NCBI GenBank assembly: GCA_963662945.1 | Contig: OY759974.1 | Coordinates: forward strand, 961,436 to 1,025,435 | Source of the DNA: Arcobacteraceae bacterium | GTDB lineage: Bacteria > Campylobacterota > Campylobacteria > Campylobacterales > Arcobacteraceae | Reading direction: 5' to 3' | DNA: 64,000 nucleotides | In this document: in pieces, positions 30,994 through 41,214 of the stretch | How the letters are laid out: each line of letters starts with the position of its first letter | Numbering within the stretch: the first letter of the stretch is position 1 | Position numbers and translations under genes: made by a program | Notes under the pieces: generated by a model | Seen by the model: only the letters and a program-made list of their open reading frames with translations | Database searches by the model: none | What the model was told of the DNA's origin: nothing

Positions 30994-31308
30994 TTATAGA
31001 CCACTCTTTATTGCTTGTTTAATGATAGGTGCAACTGAATCTGGTGTAATATTTCGTTCTTGACAATATTTTGATTGAAGCCAAACTGAAAGTTGTTTTT
31101 GCCCCTTGCTTGCATTACAACCACAACAACAAAGAGCAATATTTTCTTTTGTAATTATTTTTGCATCATTAATTATATGTTCCCAACTTGCAGCAGTTTT
31201 TTTAGAGATTTTAGTTGGTGTAAATTCAACACCACAATATACACATACTTTATCTCTTAATCTTATCTCTTGCTCAAGTTCTTTTGGAATATTCCAATTA
31301 TTAGCCAT
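30994..31308 (-). CDS. Small stand-alone HNH endonuclease-family protein
   Basis: 104 aa. CVYCG ... WEHIIND ... CCCGCNASKG, the Cys pairs plus His/Asn of an HNH zinc-finger nuclease fold. Confidence 0.6.
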   Translation of the reverse strand: MANNWNIPKELEQEIRLRDKVCVYCGVEFTPTKISKKTAASWEHIINDAKIITKENIALCCCGCNASKGQKQLSVWLQSKYCQERNITPDSVAPIIKQAIKSGL

Positions 31309-31372
31309 TTTAAATCCTTACTATGTTTGATAAAAATGATTTACAATGATTAGATTTCAAAATAAATCAAGG

Positions 31373-31429
31373 AAAAAAGAATTTCATTCGTAGGAGCATA
31401 CTTCAGTATGTGACTAGAATGTAATTCTT
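31373..31429 (-). terminator. Rho-independent terminator downstream of purH
   Basis: On the minus strand AAGAATTACATTC pairs with GAATGAAATTCTT (one mismatch). There is an inner CATAC-TGAA-GTATG hairpin, followed by TTTTTT. Confidence 0.6.
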
Positions 31430-31475
31430 TCTAACGCAGAGTTATGAAGAAAGGTGATTATTTAAATCACTTTTT

Positions 31476-33008
31476 TTAGTGTAGGAAGTGTCTTTTCCCT
31501 GAGAAATACAACGCCATACCGAACTCATTTGCCGCTTGGATAACCTCATCATCTCTCACGCTACCACCTGGTTCAATAACACATTTCACACCAGCCTCAG
31601 CCGCTGCATCAATACTATCTCTAAATGGAAAAAATGCTTCAGATGCTAGAACTGAACCTGTTGTATCAAGTCCCATATCATTTGCTTTTCTAAGTGCTGC
31701 TTTTGCTGCATCTACACGTGATGTCATACCCATACCAACAGCTACCATTGCAGAATTTTTTACATACACTACACAGTTTGATTTAGTTAAAGAAGCTACT
31801 TTGTAAGCTATCTCCATATCTTTCATCTCTTGCTCAGATGCAGCTCTTGTAGTTTTAAGTTCACTATTTGCAACTTCACCATCTTCAACTTTATCGCTAT
31901 CTTGGTAAACAAATCCACCATCTACGATTTTAAAGTTAAAATCATCGTTTGCAAGTTCTAATTTTTTTGTACCTTGTTTAAATAGTTTGATTCTATTTTT
32001 TCTACTTAGTTCAACTTCTGCTTCTGCTGTAAAATCTGCTGCAAACACAACTTCTAAAAAGATTTCATTCATCTTTACTGCTAAGTCTAAATCTACTATA
32101 CCATTAACTGCTACAACTCCACCAAAAGCTGAAACTGGATCACATTTTAGTGCTTCTGTGTAACTTTCTAATAGTGTATCTTTGATAGCAAATCCACATG
32201 GATTTCCATGTTTTACAATACATACTGCGTTATCTTCACCAAAAGCAGATGCTATTTTAGCAGCTCCTGAGATATCTCCCATATTGTTAAAACTAGCTTC
32301 ACCTTTTACTGTGATAAATTTACTTGATAGGTGTTTATCAAATTCATATAATGCACCTTTTTGATGTGGGTTTTCACCGTATCTTGTATCAAATACTTTC
32401 TCACCTACGATAAATTGTTTATCTCCAAATCCACCATTGAATCTTTTGTTCATATAGTTTGCTATCATTGAATCATACGCCGCTGTATGTTCATAAGCTT
32501 TTATCATCATATCTCTTCTAAACTCAACTGTATTTGTGTCGTTTTTTAGATTGTTAAGAACTAAATCATAATCAGCTACATCAGTTACGATGATAACAGA
32601 ATCGAAGTTTTTAGCAGCACTTCTAACCATAGCAGGTCCACCGATGTCGATGTTTTCAATAATCTCTTCAAAATCATCTGTTTTTTCAATAGTAGCTTTA
32701 AATGGATACAAATTTACACATACTAAATCAATCCCTTCTACACCTAACTCTTTTGCTTGGTCTAAGTGTGATTGTTTGTCTCTTCTATGTAAGATACCAC
32801 CATGGATAAATGGATTTAAAGTTTTTACTCTTCCTTCAAAACACTCTGGAAATTTTGTCACTTCGTTTGCTTCAATTACAGCTATTCCAGCATTTTGTAA
32901 CGCTTTGTATGTTCCACCTGTACTTATTATCTCATATCCTAAAGATACTAACTCTTTTGCAAAATTCTCAACACCACTCTTATCACTAACACTAATTAAT
33001 GCTCTCAA
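31476..33008 (-). CDS. purH: Bifunctional AICAR transformylase / IMP cyclohydrolase
   Basis: 510 aa. [16 protein letters not shown]-like N-terminus and C-terminal ...GKRHFLH. Confidence 0.95.
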   Translation of the reverse strand: MRALISVSDKSGVENFAKELVSLGYEIISTGGTYKALQNAGIAVIEANEVTKFPECFEGRVKTLNPFIHGGILHRRDKQSHLDQAKELGVEGIDLVCVNLYPFKATIEKTDDFEEIIENIDIGGPAMVRSAAKNFDSVIIVTDVADYDLVLNNLKNDTNTVEFRRDMMIKAYEHTAAYDSMIANYMNKRFNGGFGDKQFIVGEKVFDTRYGENPHQKGALYEFDKHLSSKFITVKGEASFNNMGDISGAAKIASAFGEDNAVCIVKHGNPCGFAIKDTLLESYTEALKCDPVSAFGGVVAVNGIVDLDLAVKMNEIFLEVVFAADFTAEAEVELSRKNRIKLFKQGTKKLELANDDFNFKIVDGGFVYQDSDKVEDGEVANSELKTTRAASEQEMKDMEIAYKVASLTKSNCVVYVKNSAMVAVGMGMTSRVDAAKAALRKANDMGLDTTGSVLASEAFFPFRDSIDAAAEAGVKCVIEPGGSVRDDEVIQAANEFGMALYFSGKRHFLH

Positions 33009-33080
33009 TTTTCTTTCCTTTTTTTGAATATTAAATTATTTATTGAAATGAATCATATTTTTATAACTCATCTCAACAAA

Positions 33081-34037
33081 TCAACCACCAGTTTCGTAAA
33101 AAGCTCTATCAGATTGATTTTCACTTCCCCATTTGTTTTTTTCTGGTTTATTTTGTAATACTTTTCGTAATATCTCTTTTGCACTATCTATATCTTTTGC
33201 TTTTATAGCATCTGCTATACTTAATGCATCTTCAAAATATAAACATGGAATCAAATACCCCTCAGCTGTAATTCGTAAACGATTACAATCGCTGCAAAAA
33301 TCATCAAGATGTGGCTCTATGATTCCAAACTTATAACCATCTTCTAAAGTATAACTTTGGGAAGGGCTATTCCCTTCTCTCTCATTTTTCGTAAAGTTAT
33401 ATTTTGATTTGATAATCTCTTGTATTTGGGCAGAATTAAGACCTTTTTTTACAGAAGCATGGGAATTTTCCATAAACTCTATAAATCGTACCTCATATCC
33501 TTTTTCTTTACAAAACTCTAATATATCAAGTAGCTCAGTATCGTTTACATCTTTCATAGGAACACAGTTGATTTTTACTTTGAGTCCAACATCACTAGCT
33601 TTTTGAATACCTGCTAATACATTGGCTAAAACATCTTTTTGTGCTATATGATGTGCAACTTCTGGTTTAAGACTATCAAGAGAGATATTGATTCTTTTAA
33701 GACCTGCTTCTTTTAACTTTTGTGCTGCATCTTCTAGTAAAAAAGCATTTGTAGTAAGAGATAAGTCAAGATTAGGTGCATAATCAGCTATCATTTTTAC
33801 AAAGTTTTCAAGCCCATGTCTTAACAGTGGCTCGCCCCCTGTAAGACGAACTTTTTTTACACCCTCATCAACTGCAACTTTAATAAACTCAAACATATCC
33901 TCATAAGATAAAAGCTTCTCATGAGGCACCCAAGAAAATGGTTTCTCAGGCATACAATATTGACATCGAAAATTACATCTTTCTGTTACAGAAACTCGTA
34001 AGTAGTCTACTTTTCTTCCATGTCCGTCTATTAACAA
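33081..34037 (-). CDS. moaA: GTP 3',8-cyclase (molybdenum cofactor biosynthesis protein A)
   Basis: 318 aa. Radical-SAM CNFRCQYC, C-terminal [13 protein letters not shown] second cluster, terminal GG. Confidence 0.9.
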   Translation of the reverse strand: MLIDGHGRKVDYLRVSVTERCNFRCQYCMPEKPFSWVPHEKLLSYEDMFEFIKVAVDEGVKKVRLTGGEPLLRHGLENFVKMIADYAPNLDLSLTTNAFLLEDAAQKLKEAGLKRINISLDSLKPEVAHHIAQKDVLANVLAGIQKASDVGLKVKINCVPMKDVNDTELLDILEFCKEKGYEVRFIEFMENSHASVKKGLNSAQIQEIIKSKYNFTKNEREGNSPSQSYTLEDGYKFGIIEPHLDDFCSDCNRLRITAEGYLIPCLYFEDALSIADAIKAKDIDSAKEILRKVLQNKPEKNKWGSENQSDRAFYETGG

Positions 34038-34052
34038 ATCTGTATTCGCTTC

Positions 34053-36266
34053 TTATAAATCTTGTTCAATAATTTTTTTGAAAGTATTAAAATAGATATC
34101 TTTTAATGTTGAAACTTCCATATGGATTGTATTGTTAATAGAGAATTCATCTCCACCTACAACACCAACATTTGCACAAGTAACACCCATTGAATGAGCC
34201 ATAGCTTCAAATGCATCACAATTTTTTGGATCAACTTCAACAATTGCTCTACTTAAACTCTCAGCGAACATATCTCTTTGGTCTAAAAGTACAACATCTA
34301 CATCTAAACCTTTACTTCCAACTGCTGCCATTTTTGCTAATGCTATCGCTAATCCACCAACACCAATATCTTTTGCAGCTACTAGTAAATCTTTTTTGTT
34401 TGCTTCAATTACTAAATTCCAAAGATTTAACTCTTTTTCAAAATTTACTTCAGGGTGTGTTCCAGCTACTTTTCCAAAGATTTTCTTTAAAAATAAACTT
34501 CCACCAAACTCACCTTTTGTATCACCTAAAATATAGATAATATTTCCATCTTTTTGTAAAGCACTTGGTAATACTTTATTCATATCATCATTTACACCAA
34601 CAGTTGCAATTGCTGGTGTTGGGAAAACTCCCACTCCATTTGTTTCATTGTATAAAGATACATTTCCACCAATAACAGGAGTATTTAATTCTTTACAAGC
34701 TTTTTTAATCCCTTCACAAGACATCATAAATTGCCACATAACTTCTGGGTTTTGTGGGTTTCCAAAGTTAAGACAATCTGTGATAGCTTTTGGAGTTGCA
34801 CCAGTCATAGCTACATTTCTTCCAGCTTCCATAACTGCTGCACTACTTCCAAGTTCTGGGTCTATATAACAAAATCTTGTATTACAATCAGCACTCATAG
34901 CTAACGCTCGTCCAGTTTCTTTGATACGAATTACTGAACCATCTAGTTTACCAGGACCTTTGATAGTATTTGTTTGTACCATAGAATCGTATTGTTCATA
35001 TATCCAAGATTTATCTACAACTTCCATATCGCTTAAAAGTGCTTCAAATGTATCTTCAATATTTACATCTTCATCCATAAAATCTACATTTTTGATAGTT
35101 TTTAAATATTCTGGTTCTTTCACTGGTCTATCTAAAACAGGAGCTTCTTCTGAAAGTGGTTGGATAGGTATATCAGCACATTTTTCACCATGCCAAAATA
35201 GTTCCATATTTCCAGTATTTGTAACTTCTCCAATAACAGCAGCATCTAGTTCCCACTTATGGAAAATATCAATTACAGCTTGTTCACACCCTTTTTTAGC
35301 ACAAATAAGCATTCTCTCTTGAGATTCACTTAACATAAAATCATAAGGAGTCATACCCTCTTCTCTTGCAGGTACTTTATCTAAATGCATAATCATACCA
35401 GACCCAGTTCTTCCAGCCATCTCAAAAGAAGAACTAGTAAGTCCTGCAGCACCCATATCTTGAATACCGATAATTAAATCTTTTTTAAATAATTCCATAC
35501 AAGCTTCAAGTAAAAGCTTCTCTGTAAATGGATCTCCAACTTGAACTGTTGGTCTTTTTGACTCCGAATCTTCATCAAAAGCAGCTGATGACATAACAGC
35601 CCCACCAAGACCATCTCGTCCTGTTTTAGACCCTACATACATTACAGGATTTCCAATACCTTCAGCACGTCCTAAAAATATCTCATCTGATTTACAAATA
35701 CCAAGGTTAAAAGCATTTACAAGGTTATTTCCAGCATAACACTCTTCAAAACCGGTTTGTCCACCAATAGTTGGAACACCCATACAGTTACCATAACCAC
35801 CAATACCTTCAACAACACCTCTTAGTAAAAATCTATGTTTTTTAGCAGTATCAGTATCTCCATCGATTGAAGCAAATTGAATAAGATTTAAAGAAGCAAC
35901 AGGTCGAGCACCCATTGTAAAAACATCTCTCATAATACCACCAACACCAGTTGCAGCACCTTGATATGGCTCTATAAAACTTGGGTGGTTGTGTGACTCC
36001 ATTTTAAATACTGCTGCATATCCATCACCAATATCAATAACTCCAGCATTTTCCCCAGGTCCTTGTATAACCCATGGTGCTTTTGTTGGAAATCCATTTA
36101 AGTATTTTTTACTTGATTTATAAGAACAATGTTCAGACCACATAGCAGAGATAATACCTATCTCAGTATAATTAGGCTCTCGTCCTAAAATCTTCACTGT
36201 ATTGTGATACTCTTCTTCAGTCATAGAGTGTGCTAATGCTATCTCTAATGGTGTTTGTTGTGACAT
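34053..36266 (-). CDS. purL: Phosphoribosylformylglycinamidine synthase subunit PurL
   Basis: 737 aa. SEHCSYK, ESHNHPS and duplicated AIR-synthase-like domains. Confidence 0.93.
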   Translation of the reverse strand: MSQQTPLEIALAHSMTEEEYHNTVKILGREPNYTEIGIISAMWSEHCSYKSSKKYLNGFPTKAPWVIQGPGENAGVIDIGDGYAAVFKMESHNHPSFIEPYQGAATGVGGIMRDVFTMGARPVASLNLIQFASIDGDTDTAKKHRFLLRGVVEGIGGYGNCMGVPTIGGQTGFEECYAGNNLVNAFNLGICKSDEIFLGRAEGIGNPVMYVGSKTGRDGLGGAVMSSAAFDEDSESKRPTVQVGDPFTEKLLLEACMELFKKDLIIGIQDMGAAGLTSSSFEMAGRTGSGMIMHLDKVPAREEGMTPYDFMLSESQERMLICAKKGCEQAVIDIFHKWELDAAVIGEVTNTGNMELFWHGEKCADIPIQPLSEEAPVLDRPVKEPEYLKTIKNVDFMDEDVNIEDTFEALLSDMEVVDKSWIYEQYDSMVQTNTIKGPGKLDGSVIRIKETGRALAMSADCNTRFCYIDPELGSSAAVMEAGRNVAMTGATPKAITDCLNFGNPQNPEVMWQFMMSCEGIKKACKELNTPVIGGNVSLYNETNGVGVFPTPAIATVGVNDDMNKVLPSALQKDGNIIYILGDTKGEFGGSLFLKKIFGKVAGTHPEVNFEKELNLWNLVIEANKKDLLVAAKDIGVGGLAIALAKMAAVGSKGLDVDVVLLDQRDMFAESLSRAIVEVDPKNCDAFEAMAHSMGVTCANVGVVGGDEFSINNTIHMEVSTLKDIYFNTFKKIIEQDL

Positions 36267-36353
36267 ATTTATTTACCTTAAATATATAATTTTAGAGGAT
36301 TATATCTAAAAAGTTTTTAGGAGATGGTTAAATAAAAATTTAGTAGATTTTTT

Positions 36354-37325
36354 TCATATATTTTCTAAAAGAATCTTATGAATATTTTCTATTACTATTT
36401 GTGAATGTAATATGGAGGTATGGGTTTCATTGTATCCAAATACTTTATAGGCATTCTCTTGTCTTTCTTGTTTTAATTGACTCTCTAATGATATAACACC
36501 ATCATTACTAATACCTGCTGTTAAAGTGATTTTCCCTTTATAACCAAAAAACAAATAATGTTTTATGATACTTGAAATCTCTTTATGATTAAGTTCATTT
36601 AAAAATTCACTTTGTGGTTTCATATCAACCCAATATGGTAAAGTATAGTCTAATGAAGAAGCTCTATTGGCTAATTTATCTCCATCCCAAGGTGTAGAAA
36701 TAGTAATAAATTTTTGAACTACTTTTTGTTCTTGTAAAGTCATTTTTGAAATAACATCTTTCATAACCAAACCACCCATACTATGAGCAACAATTGGCAT
36801 ATATTGAAAATGATATTTTTTCATTAGATATGATAATGCATTGTAAATTACTTCTGAACTTTGAGAAAGTCTCATACCAGAAGCATACGAAACCACAATT
36901 ATTTGAAATTTATCTTTTAATGTATTAATTAAAGTTTCCCATTCTCGCGGATGCCCACCTGCTCCATGAACTAAAACTATTGGAATTTTATTTGAAGAGA
37001 AAGAATCTAAAAAATAAACCCCACCGCCAATATTTTCAATAAACTTCATTGGCAACCATAAACCAGTTTTGCCAAATGAAGGATCAAACCTATAATCATT
37101 TAATTCAGTAACTACATCATAAGTAAAATTTTCTCTATAAAATGACAGTTGTTTTTCTATCTGTATTGTATTTAACTTTTCATTTTCATTATAATTAAGA
37201 GATGCCACTACATCTTGCTTTAAACCTTTAATAGAGTTTACAAATCCACAACCTGTAAAAATACAAATACCAAAAACAAAAATGCCAATATTTAATAAAA
37301 ATCTATTCATCCTATTATTGTACAA
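36354..37325 (-). CDS. Lipoprotein alpha/beta hydrolase (lipase/esterase-like)
   Basis: 323 aa. Lipobox IFTGC, HGAGGHPREW oxyanion region, AHSMGG nucleophile elbow. Confidence 0.6.
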   Translation of the reverse strand: MYNNRMNRFLLNIGIFVFGICIFTGCGFVNSIKGLKQDVVASLNYNENEKLNTIQIEKQLSFYRENFTYDVVTELNDYRFDPSFGKTGLWLPMKFIENIGGGVYFLDSFSSNKIPIVLVHGAGGHPREWETLINTLKDKFQIIVVSYASGMRLSQSSEVIYNALSYLMKKYHFQYMPIVAHSMGGLVMKDVISKMTLQEQKVVQKFITISTPWDGDKLANRASSLDYTLPYWVDMKPQSEFLNELNHKEISSIIKHYLFFGYKGKITLTAGISNDGVISLESQLKQERQENAYKVFGYNETHTSILHSQIVIENIHKILLENI

Positions 37326-37424
37326 AATTGTTTTAAAAAAAGGGTTAAATTATTAGCTTATCAAATTTTAAATATAAACATACTATAATAAATTCAAATT
37401 AAGCACTAAGTAAATGGATAGATT

Positions 37425-38381
37425 TTGAAAAAAAAGATTTTAGTTATATCATATTCTCAAACCGGACAGCTTGATAATGTTGTCAAAAATTTCATCAAAC
37501 CTCTTGAACAAAATGAAGATACAATACAAGTAACTTGTAAACATATAGAACCAATTAAACCTTATCCTTTTCCGTGGGATGTAATGACATTTATGGACAC
37601 ATTTCCAGAATCAGTGCATCTTAATGGCTGTGAGATTAAAAAATTTGAAAAAGATGAAACAGAATATGATTTGATTATACTTGCTTATCAAGTATGGTTT
37701 CTATCTCCATCAATTCCAATAACAGCTTTTTTAAAATCAAACTATGCAAAACAAAAACTTCAAAATAAACCTGTCATCACCCTTATTGGATGTAGAAATA
37801 TGTGGATTATGGCACAAGAGAAAGTTAAAAAACTTTTAAATGATATTGGAGCAAAACTTATTGATAATGTTGTATTAATAGATAGAGGAAACTCGCTTGA
37901 AACATTTATCACAACTCCTCGTTGGATGTTAACAGGGAAAACCAATTCTTTATGGGGAATGAGTGAAGCTGGAATTGATCCATTAGAGATAAATAATGCA
38001 AATAGATTTGGGAAGGCACTTCTTGAAGCCTTAAGAAATGACAAAGAAAAAGAGTGTATTCCACTACTTCAAGGCTTAAAAGCTGTAGAGGTAAATACAA
38101 AACTTATACGAAGTGAAAAAATTGCAACAAAAAGTTTTCACATTTGGGGTAAACTTATACAAAAACTTGGTGAACCTGGAGATATTAAAAGAAAACCAGT
38201 AGTTATATTATATTTAATCTTTTTACTACTTATTATTCTGACCATTGTACCAATTAATATGATTGTTCAATCAATTTTAAGAAAAATAAATAAAGAGAAA
38301 GTACTCCAAGAAAAAGAATACTATGAATTACCCTCTGGTAATGGGGATGAAAGAATAAAGGAATTTATGATTAATGAATAA
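37425..38381 (+). CDS. darA: DarA-like protein (dialkylresorcinol biosynthesis): flavodoxin-like N-terminus and a C-terminal TM helix
   Basis: 318 aa. KKILVISYSQTGQL flavodoxin-like start and a C-terminal hydrophobic helix VVILYLIFLLLIILTIV. It overlaps the start of the FabH-like gene by 8 nt. The call rests mainly on the conserved darA-darB pairing. Confidence 0.5.
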   Translation: MKKKILVISYSQTGQLDNVVKNFIKPLEQNEDTIQVTCKHIEPIKPYPFPWDVMTFMDTFPESVHLNGCEIKKFEKDETEYDLIILAYQVWFLSPSIPITAFLKSNYAKQKLQNKPVITLIGCRNMWIMAQEKVKKLLNDIGAKLIDNVVLIDRGNSLETFITTPRWMLTGKTNSLWGMSEAGIDPLEINNANRFGKALLEALRNDKEKECIPLLQGLKAVEVNTKLIRSEKIATKSFHIWGKLIQKLGEPGDIKRKPVVILYLIFLLLIILTIVPINMIVQSILRKINKEKVLQEKEYYELPSGNGDERIKEFMINE

Positions 38382-39516
38382 TGTATATATCAATCAAATA
38401 GAAAAGTTTATGCCTAATGAACCTGTTAGTAATGAGGAGATAGAAGAATATCTTGGATATATTGGCGGCAAAAAATCAAAAGCTAAGAATATAGTTTTAA
38501 AAAGCAATGGAATACAAACACGTTACTATGTCCTTGAAAAAGGAACAGAACGACCACTTTTTTCAAATGCTCAACTTACAGCTAATGCAATTAAAAAACT
38601 TGAAAATGACAAATTTTCTTTAAATGATATAGAATGTCTTGCCTGTGGAACAACATCACCTGATCAACTTATGCCAAACCATACACTTATGGTACAAGGC
38701 GAGTTAAAAATAAATGAGATAGAAACTATAAGTGCAAGTGGAATTTGTCTTAGTGGAATCAATGCTTTAAAATATATTTATTATGGTATTAAATGTGGTG
38801 ATTTATCATGTGCAATTGCAACGGGAAGTGAAACTTCTTCTCCAATTTTAAGTGCTAAAAACTTTCAAAAAGAATCAGAACATCTAATCGATGAACTCAA
38901 AAAAAATACAAGTATTGCTTTTGAGAAAGATTTTTTACGATGGATGCTTTCTGATGGTGCAGGAGCTATGAAACTTGAAAATAAACCAAATGAAAATAAA
39001 CTTTCTTTAAAGATAGATTTCATAGATGTACTTTCTTATGCAGGTGAAATGCCTGTATGTATGTATAGTGGACTTAATGTGGAAGGTAATAAAGTTACAT
39101 CATGGAGAGCTTATTCACAAGATGAAGTGATGGCGAAATCACTTCTTTCTGTAAAACAAGATGTAAAACTACTCAATGAAAATATCATTGAATATACAGT
39201 AACAAAACCTATTATCAAAATTGCACAAAAAAGGGATTTAACTGCAGAAAAGTTTGATTATTTTCTACCACATTACTCTTCAACATATTTTAGAGATAAA
39301 CTTTATGAAGGACTCAAAAAAGCTAATTTTGAAATACCTTACGAAAAATGGTTTACAAATCTTACAAAATTTGGAAATACAGGAAGTGCTTCTATGTATA
39401 TTATGTTAGAAGAACTTTTTAATAGTAATACTTTACAAAAAGGTCAAAAAATTCTTTGCTACATACCTGAGAGTGGAAGATTTTCTACTGCATTCATGGC
39501 TTTAGAGGTAGTATGA
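38374..39516 (+). CDS. darB: FabH-like beta-ketoacyl synthase III, DarB-type
   Basis: 380 aa. Candidate Cys-His-Asn triad: SASGICLSG, FLPHYSS, FGNTGSASMY. Confidence 0.7.
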   Translation: MNNVYINQIEKFMPNEPVSNEEIEEYLGYIGGKKSKAKNIVLKSNGIQTRYYVLEKGTERPLFSNAQLTANAIKKLENDKFSLNDIECLACGTTSPDQLMPNHTLMVQGELKINEIETISASGICLSGINALKYIYYGIKCGDLSCAIATGSETSSPILSAKNFQKESEHLIDELKKNTSIAFEKDFLRWMLSDGAGAMKLENKPNENKLSLKIDFIDVLSYAGEMPVCMYSGLNVEGNKVTSWRAYSQDEVMAKSLLSVKQDVKLLNENIIEYTVTKPIIKIAQKRDLTAEKFDYFLPHYSSTYFRDKLYEGLKKANFEIPYEKWFTNLTKFGNTGSASMYIMLEELFNSNTLQKGQKILCYIPESGRFSTAFMALEVV

Positions 39517-39914
39517 AACAGATCACAATTCCCCAAGAGGAAAATAGTACTTTAAATGGCTATCAAAAGGTAATGTATGCACCTAATTCAAATGGTGAGT
39601 TTCAAACATTTAATTACGGAAGTCATGTAGAAGAGTACGCAACAAAACTTGCAGTGGAAGAATATGAAATACTTAAGCAAGAATGTTTAGAAAATATTAA
39701 AAATAATATATCTTCACCAATTGAATATTATATGTATCACAATAGAATGGATATACCAACTTTAGCTTCTGTTGTTGGTTTTTTTCAATTTAGAGTTAAA
39801 AGACACTTACAAGCAAAACATTTTAAAAAACTCAATGATAAAATTCTTCAAAAATATAGTGATGTTTTTGGTATAACACTTGATCAACTAAAAGGTTTTA
39901 ATAATGGAAAATAA
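39513..39914 (+). CDS. Small protein with a possible C-terminal XRE-like helix-turn-helix
   Basis: 133 aa. RMDIPTLASVVGFFQFRVKRHL...LNDKILQKYSDVFGITLDQL follows the XRE HTH spacing by eye. ATGA overlap with darB. Confidence 0.4.
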   Translation: MKQITIPQEENSTLNGYQKVMYAPNSNGEFQTFNYGSHVEEYATKLAVEEYEILKQECLENIKNNISSPIEYYMYHNRMDIPTLASVVGFFQFRVKRHLQAKHFKKLNDKILQKYSDVFGITLDQLKGFNNGK

Positions 39915-40896
39915 TTTTAAGCACAATCAATTTGCACATTGTGAAAGTGGCGTAATATCAACATTATTATCAAACTATGGTCTAAAAATAAGTGAACCTA
40001 TGGCATTTGGAATTACACATTCTTTATCATTTTTTTACTTTCCTCTAATCAAGCTTAACAATATGCCATTAATTGCATATAGGGAAATACCAAAAAACAT
40101 TATCAAAAATATTGATAAAAGACTTGGTGTAAAAATTTATAAAAAACAATATAATGAGCCAATAGTGGCAAATGATGAACTTACTCGTTTAGTTGTTGAT
40201 GAAAAAAAACTTGTTGGTCTACAAACATCTGTTTACTACCTTCCATATATGCCAGAAGATATGAGATTTCATTTTAATGCACATAACTTACTTGTATATG
40301 GGAAAGAAGACGATGAGTATCTTATTTCAGACCCTGTATTTGAAGATGTAGTAAGAGCAAATGAAAATAAATTAACAATTGCAAGATTTGCAAAAGGGGT
40401 TTTTGCACCCAAAGGATTTTTATATTATCCTAAAAGTATTCCTCAAAATATTGATTATGAAACTATACTCAAAAAATCAATCAAAAAAAATGCAAAAACG
40501 ATGACAACACCCTTCCCTTTTGCTGGAGTTAAAGGGATGAGAAAACTAGCAAATGCTGTTGAAAGAATTCAAAACAATCCAAATGAACGATATGTAAAAA
40601 ACTATCTTACACATATTGTTCGTATGCAAGAGGAGATAGGCACTGGTGGCGGTGGTTTTAGATTCTTATACTCTGCATTTTTACAAGAAGCAACACAGTA
40701 TAATTTAGATAAACAAAAACTACAAACAGCAAGTGAACTTATCACACAATCAGGAGATATACTTAGAGAATTTGCTCTAAGATGTGTAATGGGTGCAAAA
40801 CATATTGACAAATTAGATTCAAAAGAGATTGCTACATTTTTAATTGAAGCATCAAAAATAGAAGAGGAAGCTTTTACAATTTTAAAGTCAATCTAA
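39904..40896 (+). CDS. BtrH N-terminal domain (papain-like ACP:acceptor acyltransferase fold) protein
   Basis: 330 aa. N-terminal FAHCESGVISTLLSNYGLKISEPMAFGI matches the HCESG...SE.M.FG signature I associate with BtrH_N/DUF4872 proteins. Confidence 0.6.
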   Translation: MENNFKHNQFAHCESGVISTLLSNYGLKISEPMAFGITHSLSFFYFPLIKLNNMPLIAYREIPKNIIKNIDKRLGVKIYKKQYNEPIVANDELTRLVVDEKKLVGLQTSVYYLPYMPEDMRFHFNAHNLLVYGKEDDEYLISDPVFEDVVRANENKLTIARFAKGVFAPKGFLYYPKSIPQNIDYETILKKSIKKNAKTMTTPFPFAGVKGMRKLANAVERIQNNPNERYVKNYLTHIVRMQEEIGTGGGGFRFLYSAFLQEATQYNLDKQKLQTASELITQSGDILREFALRCVMGAKHIDKLDSKEIATFLIEASKIEEEAFTILKSI

Positions 40897-40959
40897 TTCG
40901 ATAATAAGTAAGTATGTTATAAAATATCGCAGTAATTAATAGAAAAAAAAAGGTAATAA

Positions 40960-41214
40960 ATGGTAAGTAATACAGAGTTAAAAGAGGTTTTAATTAAATA
41001 TCTAAATCTTGAAGATATAGAAGCTAATGAGATAGATGATAACGATCCATTATTTGGAGATGATGGTTTGGGTTTAGATTCTGTTGATTCTATCGAACTT
41101 GTTTTAGCTATTGAAAAAGAGTATGGTGTAAAAATTACCGATTCAACACAATACGATAAAATATTTGCAACAATCTCATCTCTTTTAAACTATATCAATG
41201 ACAATAAAAAATAA
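40960..41214 (+). CDS. Acyl carrier protein 1
   Basis: 84 aa, acidic. Phosphopantetheine site LGLDSVDSIELV. Confidence 0.85.
   Translation: MVSNTELKEVLIKYLNLEDIEANEIDDNDPLFGDDGLGLDSVDSIELVLAIEKEYGVKITDSTQYDKIFATISSLLNYINDNKK

Noticed and set aside
31330-31475. A structured element next to purH that might be a ZTP (pfl) riboswitch
   Set aside because: It lies 3' of purH, which is on the minus strand and starts at 33008. It lacks the conserved ZTP motifs and is a long hairpin followed by a T-run, that is, a terminator. The real purH 5' region (33009-33080) is short and shows no riboswitch-like sequence.
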